Source of the DNA: Azolla caroliniana
Lineage: Eukaryota; Plantae; Polypodiophyta
NCBI GenBank assembly: GCA_043228905.1
Contig: JBHGNT010000009.1
Span: 19,778,001-19,842,000 of the forward strand
Reading direction: 5' to 3'
Length of the DNA stretch: 64,000 nucleotides
Part shown: positions 52,861 through 64,000 of the stretch, in pieces
How the letters are laid out: the number at the start of each line of letters is the position of its first letter
Position numbering within the stretch: the first letter of the stretch is position 1
Position numbers and translations under genes: made by a program
The notes under the pieces: generated by a model
The model's database searches: none
What the model was told of the DNA's origin: nothing
What the model saw: the letters and a program-made list of their open reading frames with translations, nothing else

Positions 52861-53049
52861 CGTTGATCATAGACACTATGTTGAAACTCAATGATCACTC
52901 TGACGCATTTATATTTGATATTTCATTTCTTCTGTGCTTACACACCATGTAATAGGGTTGATCTTCATAAAACTGAGTGCTAGCGTGAGTTGAGAGCAAA
53001 CAAATTTGATCTTGATGTATTAGAGAATTTTTTTATTTTAGATGAATGG

Positions 53050-53904
53050 TGTAATTTGGTAGATTATAAATTTCTCGGTGGAAGGGTTGAAGCACTTATA
53101 CCCTTTTTGCTCAAGTGAGTACCCTACGAGTATACATTTCTTCGACTTGGGATCGAGCTTCTACCGCTTCTCGTCGAGGATACGTACATATGCTATTGAA
53201 CCGAATATCCTGACATGGGATAGATCCGGTTTCTTCCCATAGAACTTTTCGCAGGGGGTAACATCGTGCACTCCTAATGTTGTGTGATTCATCAGATAGA
53301 CGACTGTATTCACCGCTTTAGCCCAATATGATTTTGATAGATGTTTCTCGTTCATGATTGCCCTTGCCACCTTGAGTATGTGCTGGTTCTTGCGTTCGGC
53401 TACTCCGTTCTGTTGAGGTGTGTGTCGGCAAGTAAACTCCCGCTTGATTCCTTCTTGTCGAAGGTATGCGGTAAAGGCGTCAGAGAAGTACTCTTTGCCG
53501 CCGTCCGATCAAAGGCATCGTACATGATGATTGGTTGTCTTTTCGACTTCGTTCTTGAATTTATGGAAGTGCTAGAACACTTCATTCTTCTGGCGCATGG
53601 GATAAATACAAGTGTGTCTGGAGAAGTCGTCGATGAACGTAACGTAGTACTGGCAAGCACCAAATGTTGCCGTCTAGGCTGGTCCCCATACATCTAAATG
53701 TATTACATCCATGATCCCTTTGCTTACATTCCTCTCCTTTGGGAACGGTTGTCGGTTGTTTGCCGAATTGACAAGCTTCGCATACGCCTGCAATTTCCTT
53801 TTCGGTAAAATTTGGGAGTCTGATGATGAATCCTTTCAACTGCATTCCTTTGAGTTTTTGGAGGTTAATGTGGCCAATTCGTTTGTGCCACAACTCTAGG
53901 CCAG
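53050..53904 (-). mobile_element. Ty1/Copia pol relic (GAG-pre-integrase + integrase core)
   Basis: LWHKRIGHINLQKL...CEACQFGKQ; MARAIMNEKHL.KSYWA.AVNTVVYLMN...TP.EKFYGKKPDLSHVRIFGSIAYV; interrupted at 53905 by another LTR. Confidence 0.88.
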
Positions 53905-54149
53905 TGTCACAGACATGTATTGTCATGTCAAGATTTGAACTCTTAACATATCTAGTCAAGTGTTGTGTTCTAACCAACACATCCAAATATATGGTCATGT
54001 TAGGTATAATCTTAGTAGATTATTAGTAGATTATCTATTTCAAGTTCTAGGAGTTTTTAGAAAGTTCTAGAACTAGAAGGTTCTAGAGGGTTCTAGATTA
54101 TTCTCCCAAATATTCTCCAAAATATTCTAATGCATTTACTTCGACTCAC

Positions 54150-55014
54150 CATGGTTGTTGACGTACCCGTATTTAATGTTTAAATACGTATAGTACCTCA
54201 TTATTTGTATAGTACGTACTATACCTCAATGTTGTTTAGTCAAATATCATGTACTTTGTCTAATACGGTATTTAACATATTTATAAAAAAACAAGTATAA
54301 TACGTATTTATAAAGAAAATGTAAGTAAAACCCCAACAAAAAGCAAAAGAAAAAATGATTTTAGTGAAAAAGAAGCCAAAGGAAGGAAGAAAGATGAATA
54401 GAAGAGACGACGATGAAGAAGATGAAGAAGAAGAAGAAGAAGAAGAAGAAGAAGAAGAAGAAGAAGAAGAAGAAGACATAAACCTGTCCTGACTCTGTGT
54501 GTGATAATCGTAGAAGATAGAAGAAGAAGAATAAGAAAACGAAGAAAAGAGAAACCTATCATGAGTGTGATAATCGTAGATGATTCCTCAATCTATGAAG
54601 GCATAATTGTAAATAATTACAATTTGAAGTAGAATATCATGATACACACTTACACTGATTTATAGAATAAGGGAATGTCAACATCCATATTGCTACAAGT
54701 ATTTTAGGATGTGAAATGTTCAAATGTCTTATATGCATTTTAGGATGTAGAACTATATTTGTACATCATAAAATTGTGTAAACATAGATGTTTTTTACAG
54801 TATTATAGATAATTTTTAGAAAGGTAAATAATTTTCAAATTCTAAAAGTATTTAACGTACTATACGTAAAATACGTATTTTATAAGTATTTAACATATTA
54901 AGAAAACGTATTTAGCGTATTTAACGTATTTTTAAATTGGGAGGTACTATACGGGTATTAATACGTTATATACGTATGGTATCTGTACCGTACCTAACGT
55001 ACCTAACAACCTTG
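54150..55014. mobile_element. Non-autonomous hAT-type element (MITE) inserted in the LTR
   Basis: TIRs CATGGTTGTT / AACAACCTTG; perfect 8-bp TSD CGACTCAC (54142-49, 55015-22); TACGTA subterminal repeats; (GAA)n core. Confidence 0.9.
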
Positions 55015-55329
55015 CGACTCACAATATAAATACTTGTAACCTCCTTGGTCCCTTTCAAGGGATTCAACACAAGTCATTGGCACATTAATCTAGTATTCTC
55101 ATTTCGCCCCATCTTCTCTCCTTGATTTACATCTTTGTCTTTATGCGCTTGTATTGTTCCTAGTGTCTTACGTTCCTCAACTTGTCGCTCCCAACTTCCT
55201 GAGTTTCTATCCCCATCACGTCGAGTTCCACGTTTGTAACCTTATCGGTCGTAGCCTCGTCATCTGTGCTTTGTCGTAGTCTAGGCTTGGTGTGTCCATG
55301 ATAGTTTGAACCCCTTCCAACTGGAAACA

Positions 55330-55900
55330 TCACCCGTCTTCGCCATCACCCTTGCTTCTAGAGTTACCATCATCACCGTCCTTGCTTCCAGTGTTACCGT
55401 CATCAACATCCCTTCGTTTTGTATCTTCCTCGCCATCTCTATCTCTTAGTTTCTTCCCATCATCGTCTCTGTCTTTTAGATTCTTCTCATCCTCCACATC
55501 TTTATCTCCTAGTTTCTTCTCATTGTTGTCTTTGTCTTTTAGTTTCTTCTCATCATCTTCTTTGTCTTTTAGATTCTTCTCACCCTTCACATCTCTATCT
55601 CCTAGTTTCTTCTCATCATCATCTCTCTCTCTGCACTCCTTATCATCTTCCACATCCCTATCTTTGCATTTTTTGTTATTGTCATCCTTCTCCTTGTGTT
55701 TCCTACCGTTTTCATCTCTATCTATGTGTTTCTTATTATCTTCGTCCCTTTCTCTATGTTTCCTATCACCTTCATCCCTATCTTTGTGTTTTCTATCATC
55801 CTTTGTATATGTGTCTTTGTGTTTCTTCAGAACCTCAACATCTCGATCTCTATGTTTCTTATCCTCTTCATCTCTTTCTCTGCTTCCATCATTGCCATAG
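55330..55900. repeat. 30-bp degenerate minisatellite; reads on the minus strand as charged D/E/K/R decapeptide repeats
   Basis: Units like catcatctctatctcctagtttcttct; minus ORF EKKLGDRDVKGEKNLKDKEDDEKKLKDKD. Confidence 0.8.
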
Positions 55901-56024
55901 TCAAAGTCGTTGCTTCCAAAGTTGCTTCGTCAACATCATTGCTTTCATTGCTTCGTCTTTGACATCATCATCTTCAACCCACTTGTTGTCGTCATCAACA
56001 CTACTTTGCCTAGCCGTCATTGTC

Positions 56025-56700
56025 GTCAAGTGTTCCAGTTCCTGGTGAGGATTGTGTAGGGTCGCTCACATCCATTGATGTTCGTGTCTCCAGTGAGGAC
56101 CGCACATGGTCACTCACGCCCTTTGGTGTTCGTGTCTCCGGTGAGGACCGTATATGGTCTCTCACGCTCGTTGGTGTTCCAGTTCTTGGTGAGGACCACA
56201 CATGGTCGCTCATTTCCATTGGTGTTCCGGTCTCCAGTGAAGATTGTACATGGTCTCTCACGCCCTTGGTGTTCGTGCCTCTGTTGAGGACCGTACATGG
56301 TTGCTCACGTCCGTTGGTGTTTCAGTTCCCGGTGAGGACCGCACATGGTCGCTCACATCCGTTGGTGTTCCTGTCTCCGGTGAGGACCGCACATGCTCAC
56401 TCACATTGGTGTTCCACTCTCCGATGAGGACTGTACATGGTTGCTCATGCTTGTTGGTGTTCTAGTTCCCGGTGAGGACCGTACATTGTCGCTCACACTC
56501 ACGTTGGTGTTCCAGTGTCCGGTGAGGATTGAACATGGTTGCTCACGCTCACATTGGTGTTACAGTCTCCGGTGAGGATTGTACATGGTCTCTCACGCCC
56601 GTTGATGTTCTAGTCTTCGGTGAGGACCACACATGGTCGTTCGTGTTCACTCGTACTCCTATTTGTGGTGAGGACTACTCATGGTCACTCACTCCTCAAC
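56025..56700. repeat. ~48-bp minisatellite, ~14 copies
   Basis: ggtgttccagttcccggtgaggaccgcacatggtcgctcacatccgtt-like units; GTGAGGA core every ~48 bp. Confidence 0.92.
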
Positions 56701-56840
56701 GTACTTTGGTTTTCTCTTTTAGCTCACACCTACACCACGCTTTCAAAAAGGCGGCCGTAAAGGGGAGGATAATGTCACAGACATGACAACAATCATGTCA
56801 AGATTTGAACTCTTGACATATATAGTCAAGTGTTGTGTTC

Positions 56841-57057
56841 TGTTGAGAATCGAACTCAACTTCCCATAGATAGGTTTCACACTAGCTCATGGACATTCCA
56901 GGCTAGTTTTGTAAATAGTAGAAAGGGCGCTTGCCCTAGCTTAGTTGATATATAAACCAACTCATTGTAACTTAGTCACTGTTGGATGTATCTCGTTTTG
57001 TTAATATCATATATACTTTTGTCTATCTTTGTCTTTGTCTTTGTCTCTCTCTGCTGT

Positions 57058-57132
<75 letters not shown>

Positions 57133-57990
57133 CTTCCGCTGCATTACAACCACTCTTGCCGTTCCATTTTCTTACATGATATCAGAGCGTGTGGTTGCCT
57201 GATCAAGCATTTTTCGACTGTGTTGTGCTGCACGCCGATGATCAACAGAACCGGCCCATCGATAGAGAAGTAATCACCATGAATACTCAAATGGGAAGCG
57301 CTCTTCCTACCGAGAAGCTCGACAGAACGAACTTTGCATCTTGGGAATACAAGATGCATCAATATCTTGTCGGACAAGGCTACTGGAGCTACATCGAAGG
57401 AGCTCACGAATCACACCCTAACCCAACACACGCTGACTATCCCGCTTGGGAGCAGGCCGCTAGCCGTGTGTTGTATTGCCTTGCATCATGCGTTCATGAT
57501 CATATGCTTGGCTTTATTCGAGAGGCTAAAACGCCGAAGCAGGCGTGGGAAAACCTCAAGAAGATCTTCACAGCCAATACGGCCGCACGAAAGCTCCAAC
57601 TTCGACAGGAGCTGAACAATCTTCAACAAAGGGACATGTCAATCGACAACTATACCTTGAAGATCAAGGAGCTATGTGACGCCCTCAGATCGATCAACAT
57701 CGTCATTGATGATGACGAATTGGTGCAGATATGCCTCGGAGGCTTAGCACCGCGTTTCAGCGTGATTAGATCGGCTATTCTCGCAAGGGAGAACCCTCCC
57801 TCCTTCTTCGACCTTCAATTGATATTGCTGGTCGAAGAGAATCACGCTCGACAGAGGAACAACGCATCAGATGATCATTTGCTCTACTCCCAGTCGGATA
57901 ATAGAAGAGATTTCGGCCGTGGAAACAGAGGTTGTTTCGGACAAGGCCATAATGATCGGCGGAATCAAGGGCGTAACTCCCACTAGTGGC
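56841..57990 (+). mobile_element. Ty1/Copia 5' end: LTR 56841-57176 (contains (CA)n), PBS, gag 57279-57986; truncated
   Basis: TGTTGAGAAT...CTTACA followed by PBS-like TGATATCAGAGC; gag EKLDRTNFASWEYKMHQYL.GQGYW...ARKLQLRQELNN. Confidence 0.9.
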
Positions 57991-58043
57991 AAGCGGACAG
58001 GAACAGGCCCAGAGAGCTTGGCGGAAGGGGGAGTCATAACGTC

Positions 58044-58282
58044 GATGAGCATTGAATTTATCGATGTTGATGACACTAAGGATTAGAGGGTTACCTCTTA
58101 TATGTAAAACATTTTCACTAACAATACATGTCACTTCCACTTAATATTGTCTACATTTTTGGAGTTGTGAAATTATGGATGTTGATGAGCACTGAATTTA
58201 TAGATGTTGATGTCACTAAGGATTAGAGGGTTACCTCTTATACGTAAAACATTTTCACTAACAATACATGTGACTTCCACTT
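58044..58282. repeat. ~141-bp tandem duplication
   Basis: gatgagca.tgaattta..gatgttgatg.cactaaggattagagggttacctctta...cacttccactt occurs twice. Confidence 0.9.
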
Positions 58283-58549
58283 CAAGAACCTACATCTCCT
58301 CAAGATGGTGAAACCATTAATCTTAACTTGTGCTTTGAGTTAACCGTTGTGATTCTCTTTAAGTTAACCACATTTCATATCTGCAGACCATCAACGTTTA
58401 AACATTTATCTAAAAACTATTTAATTTTAGAAAGGATCATTTTGACACTTGTTAAATCTCAAAAAAACAGAAATTTTATATGTTATTTAAAACATGTGAT
58501 ATTGGTGTACACATCAAGTTTCTAAAAATTGCTTTAAATCACAAGATTA

Positions 58550-61500
58550 TAAAAGGAATCTACAAGTGCAATGCGCAATCCTTCCACTTATGAACATGAA
58601 CGTGTTTTTACAAGAGGTCCTCGTTATAGCCAAGAAAGAAATCCACGAGATTATCATCGACCTAATGAAGAGGAAGTAGCACTTGACCGAGCAAGATGTG
58701 GCGAATCCTATGAATGCGAATGTGGTGTCAACCGAGATGCTCAAGGTGGATGAAGGCTATACGGATCAGCACTACACAAAGCCACATTGGGTAAGAGCAA
58801 CAAAAGAGACATCAATGTAGATTGAAGATGTAAAGGAACCGATAGTAGCTTTGATCGAGCATGGGTTCGAGATCAACCATGTCCACGGATTTTTACGAGA
58901 AGGGGAAGTGACCAATCAACATGAAGCACAGATGGAAAATAAGCGCGGTAACCCGAGCAACGGAGGAGCTACACGGGGCTTGCCCAAATGTATGGATGAA
59001 GGTGGGGGATATAGAAATCGAGCAACATTTCTTAGTTCAGGAGACGTCATCTTGGGTGAACCATATATCATGGCGGCTCGCATGGAGATGAAGGTGCTCA
59101 GGTTAAGAGCTAAGATGGAAGGCATTTGATCGTGATGCCGAACCATCAACACAATTGAGACTCCCTCCAAGGCGAAAGGCGGGGAACTTTTTATTCGGGC
59201 TGTTAAGGCATGGGACCGCAATAGCACATGGCCTTCTAAGTCCCCAAACCCTTGTAAAATTAAGAAATTTAATAAATAGAAATTTCACTTCTCCAAAAAC
59301 AAAGATTGTAAAATAACCAATCTAAGTAGTAGAGGTAATCATAGGATTGAGAAGTACGAAAGGTATCTTAAGTGATGTAAGATAATAGACGAAGGAGATA
59401 CCATAAGCAATGTCATGGAGGCAGTCTCATTCGACGACACTCTTAGAGAGATGGAGAGGATAGTCACTTCGAGCCTTAATGAAAGCAAAATCATTCCGGT
59501 CAACTCCATTGACATGTACACGACCACCGAGGAGCTTGGGCGGTTGATCGAGGAAGAAAGGATAGTCAAAGTACACACTAAGGACAAGACCGTGGATGAG
59601 AAGGTGAGGCATGTGGTTGCTTCCTTGCCATATGATGATTTGTGGTGGATGAAGAGAGTCGCAGCCGATCCTAGCTTGCGAGACCTGTAGGGCATAGGAC
59701 ACTCATTCACCAACGAGATACGATGGCAACTCCAGATTGGTGGGGCGACTTCCTATTGCGCAAAGAAGAGTTGAAATTCAAAAGGATGCTCGAAAGCCAC
59801 GAACAAGATAGGGTGCATCGATGCTAGGATATTCATTGTATCCCATGTACCATGGAATGTCAAGCCAATTTTGGTGCCAAGAGCTCACATCCCAAAGTCG
59901 ACTGAGCTACTCAAGGAGAAGATTGACATAGGAATCCCCGAACATTTTGAGTGTGCCATACTCAATTTGATGGTTCCTTGTGTCAATTCGGCAAAAGAAC
60001 AATAGCTTCCACTTTATTTCAGACCCGCAACCCATTAACAAAGTGACAATTTGCAATGCATGAGTCGAACCGAGTGTTGACGAATCCATCGAAGCCTTCG
60101 TCAGAAGGTCTATTTACTCAATCATAGATTTGTACTCAAGGTACGACTAATTCCAACTAGTCGTGAAAAGCAGGCATATAACGACAATGTGAACCCCTGC
60201 CAACCTAGTGCAGATGTGTACCTTGCCACAAGGAGGAATGAACTATGTCACCCACATGGTGAATGCAATGAACAAAGTATTGAGAGTTTGTATCCTAGAC
60301 ATTACCATGTCATTCCTTGAAGACATCCCAATAAAGGGATGCTTGGAAGCAGATAAGGATGAGACTTTAGATGAGGAAGGGTGCAAGTGTTTCATATCGC
60401 TGATTGCGAGAAGGTTCGTTAGAGGCTAGAAGATGCATGTTCAACTTTCTTGGGCGAGAAGTTGGCAATCGGTCAATCAGAAATTCCCGTGGTGGGACAT
60501 TTACGTGGGGCATAAGGACGGAAGCCATCTCCGGCAAAGGTGGATGCCATCAAGGAAATGAAAAAAAAATGCAAATCGCATATGGAGGTGAGGTGATTTC
60601 CTGGTGCCTATGCATTCTACCATATTTGAATTCCCCACTCTACTCACATAGTCCAACCCTTGTACGGGCTACTCAAGAAAGGGTGGAAGTTCAAATGGGA
60701 AAATCAGCACACAGAGGTGATGAAGACGTTAAAAGGAATGTTGGTTGCAGCACCAGCTTTAAGAAAAATTGTGTGGAAGGAAGGGATGCCCATCTACATG
60801 ACAGTAGATGCAAGTTCAATTGGGATCGAATGGGTCATCAACCAAGAAGGAGAAGATGGTGCGCATCATGCCATCATATTCGGGGCAAAGGTGCTCAATG
60901 AATGACAACGAGGATACTCCTAAATCAAGAGGTAACTTTCAATGCCTTTGACAAGAGCGAATATGAAGGAGAGTGACTACACATAGGCACAATCTTAAGT
61001 TCAACAAAGGTGGACTCATCGTGGACAAAGGAGGAAGAACATCGGATCCATACTTCCTACAAGAAGGGTACCTATGGAAGCATCCTAAGAAGATGAAGGG
61101 AATGACACTATGAGTGGTTATAAAAAATGAGAACCAAACAACAATGGTGTTTGAGTTCCATGAGAGTCCTTGGGTAGGACATAGAGGAACGTGGGCAACT
61201 TTTGAGAAGTTGAAGGAGAAGTATTGGTGGTTGAGAATGTACAAGGATGTTGCCCATTTCGTTGGAACATGTGAAAGCTACCAAGTAGATTCAAACATAC
61301 AACACATGAGAACATGTGAGAGTCCTTGGGTAGGCCATAGAGGAATGTGGGCAAATTTTGAGAAGTTGAAGGAGAAGTATTGGTGGTTGAGAATGTACAA
61401 GGATGTTGCCCATTTCGTTGGAACATGTGAAAGCTACCAAGTACATTCAAACATACAACATAGGGATGAGTTGCACCTGACCTATCTACTCACCATACAC

Positions 61501-61760
61501 TTAAAATGGATTGTAGATCTCGTTTCGATGTCGATGGGAGTGGGCCAATGAAGTTCCTAGTGCTAGCAAGAGAGGACATGAGAAACCAAGTAAGAAAGGA
61601 GAGCTTTGGCGAACGCGACAATGGCAGCAGTGTGCAAATTCTTACTCGAAGATCGGCCAACTATCGGTACGGTTGCATGGGAAAGATAGTCGCAAATAGA
61701 GGGGAGTTGAATGATATGAAGCTACGGAGCTTGTTGAATGACTTGGAATGAAGCACTCTC
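58550..61760 (+). mobile_element. Degenerate Ty3/Gypsy gag-pol relic (RT, RNase H, integrase H2C2 and core)
   Basis: IDLYSRYD.FQL, QMCTLPQGGMN, FLEDIPIKG (RT); LLKKGWKFKW, VDASSIGI.WVI.Q (RNase H); HESPWVGHRGTWATFEKLKEKYWW..MYKDVAHFVGTCE (integrase zinc-binding). Confidence 0.85.
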
Positions 61761-62041
61761 TCACATCATGGGTAACAATTCCCCCTACAAGTTTAAGGAT
61801 CCTTCAAGTCTAGGACCTATCCTCTATGCCTTCTCAACCCTCGTGACCTCCCTAGTCTAAGACCCATGTGGTCCCGCTAAAGTAACACATGCCCTCGCGT
61901 TTTTGTTGCCATAAAAGGCCGACTCCTTCCACTTTGTATCCATATAAGTGTGAACACGTCAATATATATGGCTGATTCTAATATGTATGCACGTATGTGT
62001 ATGTACATATTTACATATGGTAATATATATTTATACATATA

Positions 62042-63888
62042 TGTAAAGAATCAAGAGATGGATTCTTGTGAAGTGGAAGAGATGTGCGTTATGTGTGTGT
62101 GTAAGCGCGAGAGAGAGTGAAACACAGAGAATACGCAAGGTAAAAGTATATTGACAAAAGAGAAAGACTCAACACTATACAAGGTGGGAGGAGGGTGCTT
62201 TATGTAGTCACCCTCTCTCTTCATTAACTACAAGGCTCATGGAGCATGGGGAATGTGAAAGCTCATAAGTTATGTGTCATAGAATAGGATTCTATGACTC
62301 ATACTAAATGCTAGAATACAAAGAGGTGACTTAATGGTGACTCTTGACCGTTGGAGTGTCTATTCACTCTCAAGGTGAGTTCACACACTAGACCAAGTTG
62401 AGGTTGATTCTCAACACGCCCCCTCAAGCTCAAGTCGGGTCGGTTTCAGACGATATCCGAAATCCGCTTCGACTCGCGTTCTGGAGTCTGCAGCGACTCG
62501 TATCGACTCGCATTTATGCGGAGTTGCGGAATCCGTGCTCCAGCTTGCGTTGTGCGTAGTTGCGAAGTCTGTACTTCGGCTTGCGTCTTTCTTCGCGGCT
62601 TCGTTGCGCGGTTACGGAATCTCATCTACCTCACGATCACACGACCCGATCTCAGTTATCCGGTCTGTCTCCTTAGCCAATTCATGCAAACATCGTGTGA
62701 TACTCACTTGGATTGCGCTAAGAGAGTTCTACGGTACGTGAGCGGCACAATGGATTGCGACATCCTCTACAAGACCGCGATGCCAATACGACTCGAGGGG
62801 TACACAGACACCGATTAGGCCGGCTACAAAGCTGATAGAAGATCAACCTCCGGATTTGTTTTCTCCCTCGGTAATAGAGCAATATCTTGGAGTAGCAAGA
62901 AGCAGCCTACAGTTGCTCTTTCGAGTACGGAGGCGGAATATAGGGGTGCAGCCGTAGCTGCGTGTGAAGCCGTATGGCTCAAGAGGATTTTGAAGGATCT
63001 GGGCGTACCCATCAAGGATCCGACTTCCCTTTACTGCGACAACATGGAGCAGTATCTATCTGGCTCGGAACCCGATGTTCCATGCGCGGACAAAGCACAT
63101 CGAAGTGCACTATCACTTCATTCGAGAGCGTGTTCTAGCTTGCGATGTCGACCTACAATACATTAGCACAAATCTTCAAACGGCCGACATCTTCACTAAA
63201 GCCTTAGGAGCCGACAAGCTGTGGCAATTCATGACCGATCTCGGATTGACGATCCCTGACCTGCCAAGCTTGAGGGGGAGTACTGAAGACATTACGCAAT
63301 AATGCGTGGATTCCGCAACCGCGGAATGAAGCCGCGAAGAAAGACGCAAGCCGAAGTACAGACTTCGCAACTACGCACAACGCAAGCTGGAGCACGGATT
63401 CTGCAACTCCGCATAAATGCGAGTCGACACGAGTCGACGCGGACTCCAGAACGCGAGTTGAAGCGGATTTCGGATACCATCTGAAACCGACCCGACTTGA
63501 GCTTGAGGGGGCGTGTTGAGAATCAACCTCAACTTGGTCTAGTGTGTGAACTCACCTTGAGAGTGAATAGACACTCCAACGGTCAAGAGTCACCATGAAG
63601 TCACCTCTTTGTATTCTAGCATCTAGTATGAGTCATAGAATCCTATTCTATGACACATAACTTATGAGCTTTCACATTCCCCATGCTCCATGAGCCTTGT
63701 AGTTAATGAAGAGAGAGGGTGACTACATAAAGCACCCTCCTCCCACCATGTATAGTGTTGAGTCTTTCTCCTTTGTCAATATACTTTTACCTTGCGTATT
63801 CTCTGTGTTTCACTCTCTCTCTCTCTTACACACACACATAACTCACATCTCTTCCGCTTCACAAGAATCCATCTCTTGATTCTTTTCA
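62042..63888. mobile_element. Copia-derived element with inverted LTRs (foldback/copy-back structure)
   Basis: 580-bp inverted arms at 62042-62621 and 63309-63888, each 3'UTR + PPT + 375-bp LTR; loop encodes the RT end and RNase H; TG...CA outer ends; ATATA on both flanks. Confidence 0.92.
62622..63302 (+). pseudogene. Copia RT C-terminus/RNase H fragment in the loop of the inverted-LTR element
   Basis: [81 protein letters not shown]; one stop and one frameshift. Confidence 0.9.
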
Positions 63889-64000
63889 ATATATCTATGT
63901 TTAGTCAATATGCATGTATAAATGGGTGTAATGTATGTACATACATATTCATGGATGTAATGTTTGAATGTAGGTATATATGTATGCATAATATATTCTT

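Larger units (their letters stand above)
53905..56840 (+). mobile_element. Non-coding LTR retroelement (LARD/TRIM-like) with internal minisatellites; 3' LTR cut by a Copia insertion
   Basis: LTR start tgtcacagacatg...catgtcaagatttgaactctt.acatat.tagtcaagtgttgtgttc at 53905 and again at 56773, preceded by PPT aaggggaggataa; 5' LTR appears to end ~55303 (tgtccatgata); no gag/pol between the LTRs. Confidence 0.8.

Noticed and set aside
56025-56700. Regularly spaced GGTGAGGAC motifs resembling a CRISPR array
   Set aside because: The whole 48-bp unit is repeated with no unique spacers, there are no cas genes, and the context is eukaryotic; it is a minisatellite.
62042-63888. DIRS-type retroelement or Mutator/foldback DNA transposon (both have long inverted termini)
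   Set aside because: The arms are Copia LTR + PPT and the loop is Copia RT/RNase H. No tyrosine recombinase or transposase is present, and the duplication is 5 bp rather than 9 bp.
56841-63888. One large Copia running from the LTR at 56841 to the LTR at 63514-63888
   Set aside because: The two LTRs share only the first ~20 bp and differ in body and length (336 vs 375 bp); the flank after 63888 is ATATA, not TGTTC.

Overview
Eukaryotic land-plant nuclear DNA, most likely a fern (inferred from the KP-type PPR C-terminus, gene structures and retroelement style). Four host genes are present. (1) A CDC40/PRP17 WD40 splicing factor (minus strand, one long exon; the terminal exon probably lies outside the window). 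(2) An intronless PLS-class PPR protein with a truncated, KP-like E+ end. (3) A three-exon DRB2/3/5-type dsRNA-binding protein with a triplicated acidic-Trp motif in its tail. (4) A 24-exon class VIII myosin (minus strand) with a deleted Ale-like Copia element (TG..TA LTRs, GCCTC TSD) in intron 2. The last ~11 kb is a transposon nest: a Copia integrase relic, a non-coding LTR element with 30-bp and 48-bp minisatellites that carries a hAT MITE in its 5' LTR and a Copia in its 3' LTR, and a Gypsy pol relic. The most unusual object is a 1847-bp Copia-derived element at 62042-63888. It has two INVERTED 375-bp LTRs, two PPTs, no PBS, TG/CA outer ends and a 5-bp ATATA flanking duplication, and looks like an integrated 'copy-back' (foldback) retroelement. 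All coordinates and identities were read by eye.
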